A stretch of DNA of 64,000 nt from contig JAXMAQ010000017.1 of the NCBI GenBank assembly GCA_046350335.1, positions 57,165 through 121,164 on the forward strand, read 5' to 3'. Source of the stretch: Planctomycetota bacterium (lineage in GTDB: Bacteria; Planctomycetota; Planctomycetia; Kolteriales; Kolteriaceae). Below are positions 1 to 9,374 of the stretch, one piece after another (the stretch's first letter is position 1; each line of letters begins with the position of its first letter). The notes under the pieces are model-generated. The model saw only the letters and a program-made list of their open reading frames with translations, did no database searches and was not told the DNA's origin. The position numbers and the translations under genes are program-made.

Positions 1-422
1 CCATCTTTGGTAGATTCTCCACTCACGTTGACCTCCAGACAGATCGGGACGCGCTTTTCGACGCGCTCGGCCTCTTGGGAGATCACCTCGGCCACGGCGG
101 GCCGGTCCACCGAGTGGATCGAATGAACGAGGGGCAAGGTTCGACGAACTTTATTGGTTTGCAAATGGCCGATGAGGTGCCAGCGGAGGTCATGGGGCAG
201 ATGGACGTACTTTCGCCATAGGGATTGCGGCCGGTTTTCCCCCACATCCCGGATACCCAAATCGTAAAGCTGGCGAATCGTTGCGACTTCCACCTCCTTG
301 GTGACGGCGACGAGCGTGATTTCCTCGGGAGAACGCCCCGACCTGGCGCACGCGACCGCGATCCGCTGACGCACCGTGGCAAGATTGGCTTCCAACACGG
401 ACTGAGAATTCCGGACTTCCAT
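1..422 (-). CDS. yggS: YggS-family PLP-binding (alanine racemase N-terminal fold) protein, partial; the C-terminus runs off the window start
   Basis: Reverse-complement translation from ATG at 422 (GTG at 425 possible) reads MEVRNSQSVLEANLATVRQRIAVACARSGRSPEEITLVAVTKEV...GENRPQ, matching the YggS/PROSC N-terminus and its GENR signature. The frame stays open to position 1. Confidence 0.7.
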   Translation of the reverse strand, partial: MEVRNSQSVLEANLATVRQRIAVACARSGRSPEEITLVAVTKEVEVATIRQLYDLGIRDVGENRPQSLWRKYVHLPHDLRWHLIGHLQTNKVRRTLPLVHSIHSVDRPAVAEVISQEAERVEKRVPICLEVNVSGESTKD

Positions 423-788
423 CACGCCTCGTCACGACCTTTCCGCATCCCCTCGCTGGCACCCGCGGTTATTGTAGAGACACCCTGCTCCGAGAACGAA
501 CGGTTAGCCGAGGAGGTGGCTGGACCAGGTGGTGCCGTTCGAACCGATCCCATCCTGTTGAAAACGAGGAAGTAAGCCGCATCTTTTCGCGAGTGCCGCA
601 AGGAACGCGAAAAATGGGAAAGATTCCGGGTTATGCACGAATTACCTGGAGTCTTTTCACCTCGCGGCCCTGCAAAAGCGGATCGGCCTTTGGACTATCC
701 TCAAAGGGGGTAAAATGCTAAAACCATGGAACGGGTAGGCGTTCCAGTCGACTTACGTTCAGATCGGAAACGCTGAACATTTCGGTAC

Positions 789-2078
789 TTGCTTGAGGAT
801 GCGATGCGTTCCTTCCTTGTGTCGCTTGCGCTCGTCATCGTGGGGATCGTGGCTGCAAGCTACTATCTCTCGGTGCGCCAGCCGGAAGTTGCTTATTTTA
901 CTGATAAAGTTCGCATGGACGAAATCACGGAAGTCGTTCCGGTTACCGGCTATGCCGAGCCGACCGAAGTGCGCGTCGTGCAAAGCGAGGTACTTGGCGT
1001 CGTTGAAGAGGTCATGGTCGACTTCAATGACGAGGTCAAGCAAGGAGATGTGTTGGCGCGTCTCTCTTCCGATCTGCAGCGCATGCAGCTCATGAAGGCC
1101 GAGGCGGATCTGGAGTCGGCGGAGGCCTCGGTACTTAAAGCGGAGTCGGCGAAAGAAGAGGCATATGCGGCCCGCGAACGAGCCGTTGCCCTGCTCGACG
1201 CCGCTGAACGTGAATACTCCAACGCCAAGGATCTGGTCGCCAAGAGCGTCGTTGAACAATCGAAGGCGGACATGGCGATGGACGCGGTTCGACAGGCGCA
1301 AGCGGGTGTCGCGCAGGCCAATAGCGGGATCAAGCAAGCCGAGGCTGGCAAAGCATTGGCAGCCAGTCTGGTAAGTGCCGCCCGCGCGGCGCTGCAGGCG
1401 GCCCAGCTGAATCTTGAAAAAACCGAACTCCGGAGCAATCTCAACGGCATCATTCTCAATAAGAGCATTCGCGTCGGTGACGCAGTCGCGCCCGGACCCA
1501 AAGTCAGTCTTTCGGAGTCCTCCCCCGCCATTTTTGAAATCGCCGCCCCCCTCAATCGGATGCAAGCGATCGTCAAGGTAAGCGAAGCGGATTACAGCCG
1601 AGTCAAGAAGGGGCAGAAGGCCACGTTCACGATCGACGCGTATCCCGACGAGAAATTCGAGGCGACCGTCAAGAGCGTTCGGGACGCCCCTACGTCCGAC
1701 CGCACGGCGGTCTCGTATGCCACTGTGCTCGAGTTCGAGAACCGGACCGATCCCAATTCCGGGGAATGGATGGTCAAGCCCCGCTCGACGATCTCCGCGG
1801 ACATTGAAGTACGCCGCGCCGGTCGCGTCTTGGCGGTTCCCAACGGCGCGTTGCTCTACTCTCCCGCGAACGCGTCGATTCCTTCGCTGAAGCCCAACGA
1901 GAGCTTGGTCTGGACGGTGAAGCCCGGGGAAAAGCCGGTCGCGCACGCGGTCAAGACGGGGATTAGCAACGGCATGGCCACGCAATTGCTCGAAGGGGAT
2001 CTTAAGGAAGGGGACCTCGTAATCACGGGCGAGCCGGTCGCCACCTCGGCAGGCTTTCAAATACCGATCGGAAATTGA
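789..2078 (+). CDS. macA: Efflux transporter periplasmic adaptor subunit (HlyD/MacA membrane-fusion family)
   Basis: 429 aa ORF with an N-terminal TM segment, a long coiled-coil hairpin (Ala/Glu/Lys-rich) and a beta-barrel C-terminal region typical of membrane fusion proteins. It sits immediately upstream of ABC ATPase and permease genes. Confidence 0.8.
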   Translation: MLEDAMRSFLVSLALVIVGIVAASYYLSVRQPEVAYFTDKVRMDEITEVVPVTGYAEPTEVRVVQSEVLGVVEEVMVDFNDEVKQGDVLARLSSDLQRMQLMKAEADLESAEASVLKAESAKEEAYAARERAVALLDAAEREYSNAKDLVAKSVVEQSKADMAMDAVRQAQAGVAQANSGIKQAEAGKALAASLVSAARAALQAAQLNLEKTELRSNLNGIILNKSIRVGDAVAPGPKVSLSESSPAIFEIAAPLNRMQAIVKVSEADYSRVKKGQKATFTIDAYPDEKFEATVKSVRDAPTSDRTAVSYATVLEFENRTDPNSGEWMVKPRSTISADIEVRRAGRVLAVPNGALLYSPANASIPSLKPNESLVWTVKPGEKPVAHAVKTGISNGMATQLLEGDLKEGDLVITGEPVATSAGFQIPIGN

Positions 2079-2174
2079 CGAAATGCCCCGCGAAAGGGAG
2101 CTTCCGGCTTCCTGGAACGAACCGGGAAGTCCTGGTGACGCGGAGAAATCGACGACGCCCCGGAGTAGTGCCTC

Positions 2175-2951
2175 ATGGTCAAAAAAGCGGTGATTCGCGT
2201 CGTGGATCTTCAGAAGGTGTATGACGCCGGCGACCTAAAGGTGCGCGCCCTTAACGGCGTCGATCTGGAAATCTACGACGGTGACTTCGTCGCCCTCATG
2301 GGTGCCAGCGGCTCGGGCAAGAGCACGCTCATGAACCTCTTGGGTTGTCTGGATCGACCGACCGGCGGGGAGTACTATTTCTGTGGCCAGGACGTGAGCC
2401 ATTTGAACCGGGACGAATTAGCGCGGATTCGCAACGATCGGATCGGCTTCGTCTTCCAGGGGTTCAACCTGCTCTCTCGGACCAGCGCGATCGACAATGT
2501 TCAGTTGCCGTTGATCTATTCCTCGAAAATCAGCGTGAAGGAACGCCGGGAACGGGCGGCGGCCCTGTTGCGCAAATTCGGCTTGGGAGAACGCCTGGAT
2601 CATCATCCGAACCAGCTGTCGGGCGGTCAGCAGCAACGGGTCGCGATCGCGAGAGCATTGGTCAATCGGCCGGCGATCATTCTCGCCGACGAGCCCACGG
2701 GCAATCTCGATTCCAAGACCGGTCTGGAAATCTTGGCGGAGTTTCAGCGACTCAATGCCGAAGAGAAGCAGACGATCGTCATGGTCACGCATGACCGGGA
2801 GATCGCCAACTGTTGCCTCCGTCAGATCGTGATGCAAGATGGCCAGGTGGTATCCGATCGCCCGACGTCGCGGCCTCGCGACGCGGCTGCCGAACTCGCG
2901 CGTTTACATCTTCCCCGCCCGGCGCCTGCCCCGTTGGAGTTTGCCTCGTGA
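2175..2951 (+). CDS. ABC transporter ATP-binding protein (MacB/LolD-type)
   Basis: Walker [13 protein letters not shown] signature [15 protein letters not shown] and Walker [12 protein letters not shown] are all present. The stop codon overlaps the permease start (GTGA). Confidence 0.9.
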   Translation: MVKKAVIRVVDLQKVYDAGDLKVRALNGVDLEIYDGDFVALMGASGSGKSTLMNLLGCLDRPTGGEYYFCGQDVSHLNRDELARIRNDRIGFVFQGFNLLSRTSAIDNVQLPLIYSSKISVKERRERAAALLRKFGLGERLDHHPNQLSGGQQQRVAIARALVNRPAIILADEPTGNLDSKTGLEILAEFQRLNAEEKQTIVMVTHDREIANCCLRQIVMQDGQVVSDRPTSRPRDAAAELARLHLPRPAPAPLEFAS

Positions 2952-4165
2952 ACTTTTTCTCCACCTTAGACACGGCTTTGAATGCCTTATCGGTGAACAA
3001 GGGGCGCACCGCGCTCACGAGCCTAGGCATTACGATTGGTATCGCCGCCGTCATTGCGATGGTCGCCGCCGGTCACGGCGCGCAGTCCAAGATCGATGGC
3101 GAGTTCGCCTCCATCGGTCCCAACCTCGTCGTTTCCTTCTCCGGAACCACGACGAAAAGCGGCCTGCGCATCGGCATGGCCGAGGGCGCCTTCACGCAAG
3201 AGGACGCCAAGGCGATTCGGACCGAACTCGCGCCGCTCATCAACGGTTGCTCCGAACTTCATCAGTTTCCCGTGCAAGCGAGCACCGAGGCGGGCAGCTA
3301 CCTGACGGCTCTCGCGGGAGGTGTTCCGGAACTGTTTCGCATACGCCGATGGAAATTCCGTTCCGGCGGGCCGTACAACGAAGAACAGAACAAACGGCAA
3401 GACAAGGTCGCGGTACTCGGCAAGACCGTCGCGGATAAGTTGTTTCCCAATATCGATCCGGTCGGGCGCACGCTCCGTGCGGGCGGGCAACGGTTTCGTG
3501 TTGTCGGAGTCCTTGAACCCAAGGGAACCGCCCTTAACGGCGCGGACCAGGATGACATCATCATGGTTCCCGTGAACACGCTGCTGAAGAAAGTCGCCGG
3601 CCAGGAGAAGTGTCTTCTTATCATGACCGAGGCGCGTAGCGTCGACCTCGTCCCCGAGGTCAAACGCCGGGTCGAGCAGATTCTCACCTACCGCCACCGT
3701 GTGCGGCCAGGCCAGGAACCGGATTTCAACGTCAAGAGCATGCAAGAGTACGCGAAGATGGCGGACTTGCTCACCAGCACGCTCAGCGGCCTCATTTTCG
3801 CGATCGCGAGTATTTCGCTCGTCGTGGGGGGGATCGGCGTCATGAACATCATGCTCGTCTCCGTGACGGAACGCACTCGGGAAATTGGCATTCGCATGGC
3901 GGTGGGCGCGCGCACCAGGGACGTGCTAGGCCAGTTCCTTACGGAGTCCGTCATTCTAGCGTTGATCGGCGGAGGAATTGGCATCACGCTGGGCGCGTTG
4001 TGTGCATGGGGAATCGCCCATGTCGCGAAGTGGGATTTCGTCATCTCGATTTCCAGCGTGGTCGTCGCCGTGCTCACTTCCGCCGCCGTCGGCATTTTCT
4101 TCGGTTACTACCCGGCTCGGAAAGCGTCGATGCTCGATCCGATCGAAGCCCTGCGTTACGAATGA
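2948..4165 (+). CDS. ABC transporter permease (MacB/FtsX family)
   Basis: GTG start overlaps the preceding stop. N-terminal TM segment, a large periplasmic domain and C-terminal four-TM FtsX-like region (…GIRMAVGARTRDVLGQFLTESV…) are present. Confidence 0.85.
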   Translation: MNFFSTLDTALNALSVNKGRTALTSLGITIGIAAVIAMVAAGHGAQSKIDGEFASIGPNLVVSFSGTTTKSGLRIGMAEGAFTQEDAKAIRTELAPLINGCSELHQFPVQASTEAGSYLTALAGGVPELFRIRRWKFRSGGPYNEEQNKRQDKVAVLGKTVADKLFPNIDPVGRTLRAGGQRFRVVGVLEPKGTALNGADQDDIIMVPVNTLLKKVAGQEKCLLIMTEARSVDLVPEVKRRVEQILTYRHRVRPGQEPDFNVKSMQEYAKMADLLTSTLSGLIFAIASISLVVGGIGVMNIMLVSVTERTREIGIRMAVGARTRDVLGQFLTESVILALIGGGIGITLGALCAWGIAHVAKWDFVISISSVVVAVLTSAAVGIFFGYYPARKASMLDPIEALRYE

Positions 4166-4224
4166 TCGGCAGATCCACTGTTCGCGGAAAAAAGGTGGGG
4201 CCCCACGGACTCGGGTGGGTTTCA

Positions 4225-5205
4225 TTACTCCTCGGAAGATTGGTAAGTCTCCTCGGTACCGCTCGAACGTGTTGACCCGCTCGCCGAATCCAGCACGAGC
4301 AAATAGGCGTCTCGGTGGTCCCACTCCTTGAACCCCTCCGCCGCATAGAGGCCCCGGGCGGGCGCGTTCCCCTCGTCGACCGCTAGGGTCACCTGTTCCG
4401 AACCCGCCTTTCTTGCTACCCGGAGAGCTTTTCTGGTGAGTTCGCGGCCTAGTCCCTGTCCTCGAGATTCTGGAAGCACGCCAAGGTAAGCGACTTCCGT
4501 GGCCCGGTATTCGGGCAAGCCGGAAAGGAGTAGGCACCCGGCCCATTTCCCGTTCTTGCGCGCGAGGAACCAATGCTGGGGATCGAATTGTCCTTGAGCA
4601 CGGTGGCTCTCGTAGATGTCCTCCATCGCTCGAAGGCCGGTTAAACGCGGGCAATCGAGACTTTCCGCGTAGCTTCGTTCGAGAACGCTCAGGAAGTCGT
4701 CGTGCAACGCGGGAGAGTAATGGACGTACTCGATGTTTTCGTTGGATGGAGGACCGATGCGAGCGCGTAGGTCGCGGCGTAAATAAATGAGGTGCGCGAG
4801 GTGAAAGAAACCCTCTTCGCAAAGAGCCGGCGCCTCGTAATTTTCTTCATCGCCGAGCAAGACCTGTACGATCCGGGCTCGTCGGCACGAGGAGAAGCTT
4901 CGCAAAGCCTGGATCAAGCTTTGGCGGACAATGGGTAGATCAACTTCGGACAAATTCTTGTCGAAACGGGGAGGCCAGGCGACGACCGTTCGCCCGGCGG
5001 AGTTCATCGCCAACATCGATCCCACCATTTTTTCGCCGAGCCAACAGCCGAGCAAACCCTCCAAGGGAACGTTCTGGCCCTTCTCCCCTCGAATCAACGC
5101 GTTGATGTGGACGGAACGCTCCCGGGGGGACAGGTGCTGGTAAAGCAACTGGAGCGCGTCGCGCCACTCGGAAACCTGACATTCTCTTGCGAGCCATTGC
5201 GTCAC
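4225..5205 (-). CDS. GNAT-family N-acetyltransferase (C-terminal GNAT domain)
   Basis: C-terminal motif VAYLGVLPESRGQGLGRELTRKALRVARKAGSEQVTLAVDEGNAPARGLYAAEGF is a typical acetyl-CoA-binding GNAT core. The gene lies directly downstream of trpC on the same strand, 1 nt apart. Confidence 0.6.
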   Translation of the reverse strand: MTQWLARECQVSEWRDALQLLYQHLSPRERSVHINALIRGEKGQNVPLEGLLGCWLGEKMVGSMLAMNSAGRTVVAWPPRFDKNLSEVDLPIVRQSLIQALRSFSSCRRARIVQVLLGDEENYEAPALCEEGFFHLAHLIYLRRDLRARIGPPSNENIEYVHYSPALHDDFLSVLERSYAESLDCPRLTGLRAMEDIYESHRAQGQFDPQHWFLARKNGKWAGCLLLSGLPEYRATEVAYLGVLPESRGQGLGRELTRKALRVARKAGSEQVTLAVDEGNAPARGLYAAEGFKEWDHRDAYLLVLDSASGSTRSSGTEETYQSSEE

Positions 5206-5206
5206 G

Positions 5207-5995
5207 TTACCGCCCCATCAACTCGGCGAGTTTTCTTCCAGGGTCGGCAGCACGCATGAACGTTTCCCCCACGAGCACCGCGTGGACGCCCGCCTCCCGA
5301 AGTCTCGCGATATCCGCGGGCGATCGTATGCCACTTTCACTGACGACGGTCCGATCCGAGGGAATATCGGCGAGTAGATCCAAGGTATGAGCCAGGTCGG
5401 TGACGAAAGTTCGCAGGTTGCGGTTGTTGATCCCGATCAAAGGAGTTCCGGTTCGAAGGACAGGGTCCAGGTTCGCCGGGTCATATAGCTCCACCAGGGT
5501 GGTCATGCCTAGAGCCGACGCGACGGCGAGCAGGTCGGCCATCTCACTGGCGGCCAAGCATTCGGCGATAAGCAGAACCGCGGACGCGCCGGCGATTTTC
5601 GCCTGATAAATCTGCACCGGATCGAGAATAAAGTCCTTGCGCAACAGGGGGAGGGAAACGGACTGATGCACCGATCGAAGATCGTCGATCGATCCCTGAA
5701 AAAAAGTCTCGTCGGTGAGCACGCTGAGGCAGGCTGCTCCGTTGCTGGCATAACTTTTGGCGATCGCCGGCGGATCGAAATCGGGACGAATCACGCCCGC
5801 GGAGGGAGACGCTTTTTTTATCTCCGCGATAACCCGCATCTCGTGGTGGCCTCGTAGTTCCGCCAGGAAACTCCGGGGAGGCGGCAAGCGTTCCGCATCT
5901 TCGCGCCAGGATTCGGCTTGGGCTCGCGAACGGAGGTCGACAAGCTCGCGATGCTTCTGCTCAACGATACGACTCAACACGTCACGTTCTGGCAT
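5207..5995 (-). CDS. trpC: Indole-3-glycerol phosphate synthase
   Basis: …IAEIKKASPSAGVIRPDFDP…LSVLTDETFFQGS…LRKDFILDPVQIYQA…IGINNRNLRTF… is classic IGPS. Start is placed at the internal Met (MPERDVL), giving about 262 aa. Confidence 0.9.
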   Translation of the reverse strand: MPERDVLSRIVEQKHRELVDLRSRAQAESWREDAERLPPPRSFLAELRGHHEMRVIAEIKKASPSAGVIRPDFDPPAIAKSYASNGAACLSVLTDETFFQGSIDDLRSVHQSVSLPLLRKDFILDPVQIYQAKIAGASAVLLIAECLAASEMADLLAVASALGMTTLVELYDPANLDPVLRTGTPLIGINNRNLRTFVTDLAHTLDLLADIPSDRTVVSESGIRSPADIARLREAGVHAVLVGETFMRAADPGRKLAELMGR

Positions 5996-6513
5996 ATGAC
6001 TCCACACTCTATTAGCGCCCAAGCCAATTTGATCTCCCGCGGGGTCGGGAAGAGAGGGTTCCACTGGAAAGCAAAGCCGTTTCGAACTTCCTCTCTCGTT
6101 GGGTGAAAGTATTCCTCCGCGGGGCAAACGTCCATGCCGCAAAAGCCCTTGAATGCAAATGTCAGGGGCAGGTCCGTCTCATTTCCCCCCTTGCCGGGCA
6201 AACGCCGAAGGGACCAGCCTTTTTCTCCGCGAGTCAACCAGGGGCCGCGCTTCCTACGAGCCGCTCAAAAGAATAATGCCGTGGCCCGGTTCCCCTTCAT
6301 GGAAGCCGCCCAGTCGCTTCATGCGACCGAGCCGGTGAATACTTCATTGCTTTTCTGAAGCTCAATGGAAAACTCCAAACGCCCGTCCTGTCGAAAACGT
6401 TGACATCCCATTCGAGTATCTCGTCATTTCTTATGACATAATGGACGGAATGCCCGCCAGAACGCAACGCCTGGCGGCCGACGAAGAAGCCCCACGGTTT
6501 CAGGAGAACATCA

Positions 6514-6912
6514 TTGTACACGCTGGATATCCGGACGAAAAACCGAACTGAATTCCTCGAGATGACGAGCGAGGTTCAAGAGATCGTCACGACCGCGGGA
6601 ATGACGTCCGGGGCGGTCGTTTTCTACGTGCCGCACACCACTGCGGGTTGCACGATCAACGAAAACGCGGACCCGGATGTGGTTCGTGACATGCTTTCGG
6701 AAATCAACAAGGTGATTCCCTTCGAGTCCGACTATCGTCATTCGGAGGGGAACAGCGCCGCGCATATCAAGGCATCGCTCTTCGGGAGTAGCGTGACCGT
6801 GATTGTCGATAAAGGGCGACTCGTGCTCGGGACTTGGCAGGGGATTTACTTCTGCGAGTTCGACGGTCCTCGTCGACGGCAAGCGCACGTTCAATTGCTT
6901 CGGTGTCACTGA
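6514..6912 (+). CDS. yjbQ: YjbQ/UPF0047-family secondary thiamine-phosphate synthase-like enzyme
   Basis: 132 aa ORF reading …VVFYVPHTTAGCTINENADPDV…HSEGNSAAHIKASLFGSSVTVIV… matches the YjbQ family. Its TGA stop overlaps the next ATG (ATGA). Confidence 0.85.
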   Translation: MYTLDIRTKNRTEFLEMTSEVQEIVTTAGMTSGAVVFYVPHTTAGCTINENADPDVVRDMLSEINKVIPFESDYRHSEGNSAAHIKASLFGSSVTVIVDKGRLVLGTWQGIYFCEFDGPRRRQAHVQLLRCH

Positions 6913-8057
6913 TGGAAGGCCCCGAACGATGGATGCTCTGGTCCGGCCTGGGACTTGCCTTGGCCTGGGGCGTGGTTCTTTATCGTCTAACTCAAGATTG
7001 GCCCTTTACCCGCATGCGGCGGCGCTTGCCCTTGAGGCTCAAAGGGCCGGAACTCGTCTTGGTGCTCCTCGGGTGGTTCTTCCTGCAAAGCTTCGCGGTC
7101 CGTGAAGACCCATTTGAGTTTGACGCTGGCGACGTGACCGATTGGCCGACATTCCTGAAGGTCGTCGCGGAAGGGGAGAAATCGCTCCATAGCCCATCGC
7201 GGCGAATTTGGAGCCTACTGTCCCCCGATCTCCAAAAGGCTGTCCTCGCTTCCCAAGAGACCGAACCTCCCACGCCAGAACTGGAGTCCACATTGGCTGC
7301 GAGCATTCAAAACATGCTCAAGCAGAAGGATTTTTATCGGGCGGATGATTTTGCCAACGTCAACTATTTGCCCGAATTCCGAAGGATTTTGCAGGCATCC
7401 GCCGGGGAAGTGTCGGAACGCCAGATGCTTCGCCTCAATCGTGGATTGCTCGAAGCGTCGTTTCCGAATTTGATTACACCGGCGGTTCGCCAACTTCTGG
7501 CAACGGTCACTCTTCAAAGTCTGTTGACATTACTTCTTATTCCCATGGGCTTATACTGGATCGCGAAGGTTCCCTTGTATCAATTGGGAATCCATGGTCG
7601 GCACGCCGGTTGGTACGTTGCCTTTGGCATCGTGCAATGGTTGATCTGGGTACCGGTGACGATCGCGATCACGCTGGTTGTCCGCGCTTATGTTCACCAA
7701 GAGACATTTCATCCCGCACTGGACTTTTTTAGCGGACCGAGAAGTCTCGGGGATTGGGTGCTTTTGACGCTTTCGGTGGCCGTGGTCGCGCCCCTCATCG
7801 AGGAACTGATGTTTCGGGGGATCCTGCAGAGTTGGATGGTAAACCGCGTCGGCATTCCTGCAGGTATTCTGATAACCGCGACGCTGTTCGGCTTTGCCCA
7901 TTCGCTGAGCTGGCCGGACCCGGTTCCGTTGATCGTTCTGGGATTTGGAATGGGAGTTGCCTATCAGCGTACCCGTTCCCTCTGGCCACCCGTCGTGGTG
8001 CACGCTCTTTTCAATGGGATGATGCTCCTTGCGGCGGCGTCGGAAATGGCAGGCTGA
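6912..8057 (+). CDS. CPBP-family (CAAX) intramembrane metalloprotease
   Basis: Multi-TM protein carrying EELMFRG, FGFAHS and HALFNG motifs, the Abi/CPBP motifs 1-3. Confidence 0.75.
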   Translation: MEGPERWMLWSGLGLALAWGVVLYRLTQDWPFTRMRRRLPLRLKGPELVLVLLGWFFLQSFAVREDPFEFDAGDVTDWPTFLKVVAEGEKSLHSPSRRIWSLLSPDLQKAVLASQETEPPTPELESTLAASIQNMLKQKDFYRADDFANVNYLPEFRRILQASAGEVSERQMLRLNRGLLEASFPNLITPAVRQLLATVTLQSLLTLLLIPMGLYWIAKVPLYQLGIHGRHAGWYVAFGIVQWLIWVPVTIAITLVVRAYVHQETFHPALDFFSGPRSLGDWVLLTLSVAVVAPLIEELMFRGILQSWMVNRVGIPAGILITATLFGFAHSLSWPDPVPLIVLGFGMGVAYQRTRSLWPPVVVHALFNGMMLLAAASEMAG

Positions 8058-8067
8058 ACGGGCCACT

Positions 8068-9024
8068 TCACGTCGATCGATCCTGAGTGCCGGTAAGCAA
8101 TCGGTAATAGTCCAGGCATTCGGCAAGACCTGTTTCGAAGGGAGTAAAGGGTTCGTAGCCGAGAAGTGTTTGGGCGGCGGCGATGTCGGCTTGGCTGTCC
8201 CGTACGTCCCCAGCCCTGGGGGGAGCGAAGATAGGCTCTAATCGGGTTCCCAGTTTCCGATTGATGGCGTCGACCAGTTCCAGAAGATTGATTCTTCCGC
8301 CGCAGCCGATGTTGAATACCTTTCCGCTGACACCCGGTTTCTCTGCTGCCAAACGGTTGGCGCGAACGACGTTGGCCACGGGTACGAAATCCCGCGATTG
8401 CAAACCGTCCCCGTGAATCGTGGGACGTTCTCCGCGAAGCATCTTGGTGCAGAAAATCGAGATCACGCCGGAATAAGGACTCGAAGGATCTTGCCGAGCG
8501 CCAAAGATATTGAAGTAGCGGAGCCGAACGGTTTCGAGAGAGGTGGTGGCGGCGAAAGCGCTGCAATAATGTTCCCCCGCCAGTTTGCCGGCGGCATAAG
8601 GCGAGAGGGCGAGAATCGGTTGATTCTCGTCGATGGGGCAAACGACTTCTCCGCCGTAGGCACTGCTGCTGGCGGCGTAGACCACCCGGCGAACTCCGGC
8701 GCGGACCGCGGCGCGAAGCACCTTGAGCGTACCCGTCGCGCAAAGTTCGTGACAAAGCAGCGGATCTTCGACGCTACGTGGAACCGACACCATGGCGGCG
8801 TGATGGAAGACGACTTCGGCCCCCGCGATTGCCTTTTCCAACGCCGCATCGTCAAGAATGCTGCCTTCGATCAGGGTGAACGAGTTTCCCAGATGAGCCA
8901 GGTTGTTTCGTTTGCCGGTTGAAAGGTCGTCAAGAACGACGACGTCCCAGCCGTCGCCAACCAAATTGGTTGCGAGATGCGATCCGATGAACCCTGCGCC
9001 CCCAGTAACCAGACATCGCGCCAT
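8068..9024 (-). CDS. NAD-dependent epimerase/dehydratase (UDP-sugar 4-epimerase-like SDR)
   Basis: N-terminal Rossmann motif VTGGAGFIGSHL and the YxxxK region (YAAGKLAGEHY) are present. Start is placed at MARCLVTGG. Confidence 0.85.
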   Translation of the reverse strand: MARCLVTGGAGFIGSHLATNLVGDGWDVVVLDDLSTGKRNNLAHLGNSFTLIEGSILDDAALEKAIAGAEVVFHHAAMVSVPRSVEDPLLCHELCATGTLKVLRAAVRAGVRRVVYAASSSAYGGEVVCPIDENQPILALSPYAAGKLAGEHYCSAFAATTSLETVRLRYFNIFGARQDPSSPYSGVISIFCTKMLRGERPTIHGDGLQSRDFVPVANVVRANRLAAEKPGVSGKVFNIGCGGRINLLELVDAINRKLGTRLEPIFAPPRAGDVRDSQADIAAAQTLLGYEPFTPFETGLAECLDYYRLLTGTQDRST

Positions 9025-9374
9025 GCAATCCTCAATGTCCAAATGGCAAAAGGGCCCGAGGGGGCCCGCACACGTCCCATGGGTCGTTGACATCATAGGT
9101 CACATTTCGGGACTAAGGAAAGATTTGTAGTGGGACAATGGGCCTTCCGTCGATCGTTTCACGTGCCCATGCTTGCTGTTACGTCAATTGAGATTCCGCG
9201 GGGCACAAAACCATGGAAGATCCCCGCGAGGGAATTCTTTTCGGACGACATAGGCGGCGTGATAAGGTGGCAGTCGAAATTATTCATCGGCGGGAGCGGC
9301 AGGTTAGGCAGGAAATACTTCCTAATGGATTTTCGCGGGCGATGATCCAGGCGTCCTTGGATGAAGAGGGTACC

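Noticed and set aside
225-575. 116-aa plus-strand ORF at the window start
   Set aside because: It overlaps the well-supported yggS reading frame on the opposite strand.
759-2060. 433-aa minus-strand ORF antisense to the macA-like adaptor gene
   Set aside because: Its composition (Arg/Gly/Leu-rich, no motifs) is typical of an antisense frame in high-GC DNA. The plus-strand protein has clear family features.
6380-6513. TPP riboswitch upstream of the thiamine-related yjbQ
   Set aside because: No CUGAGA or ACCUGAUCUGGAUAAUGCCAGCG core elements are present. Only a TTGACA -35-like box and a short TTATGaCATAA palindrome were seen.
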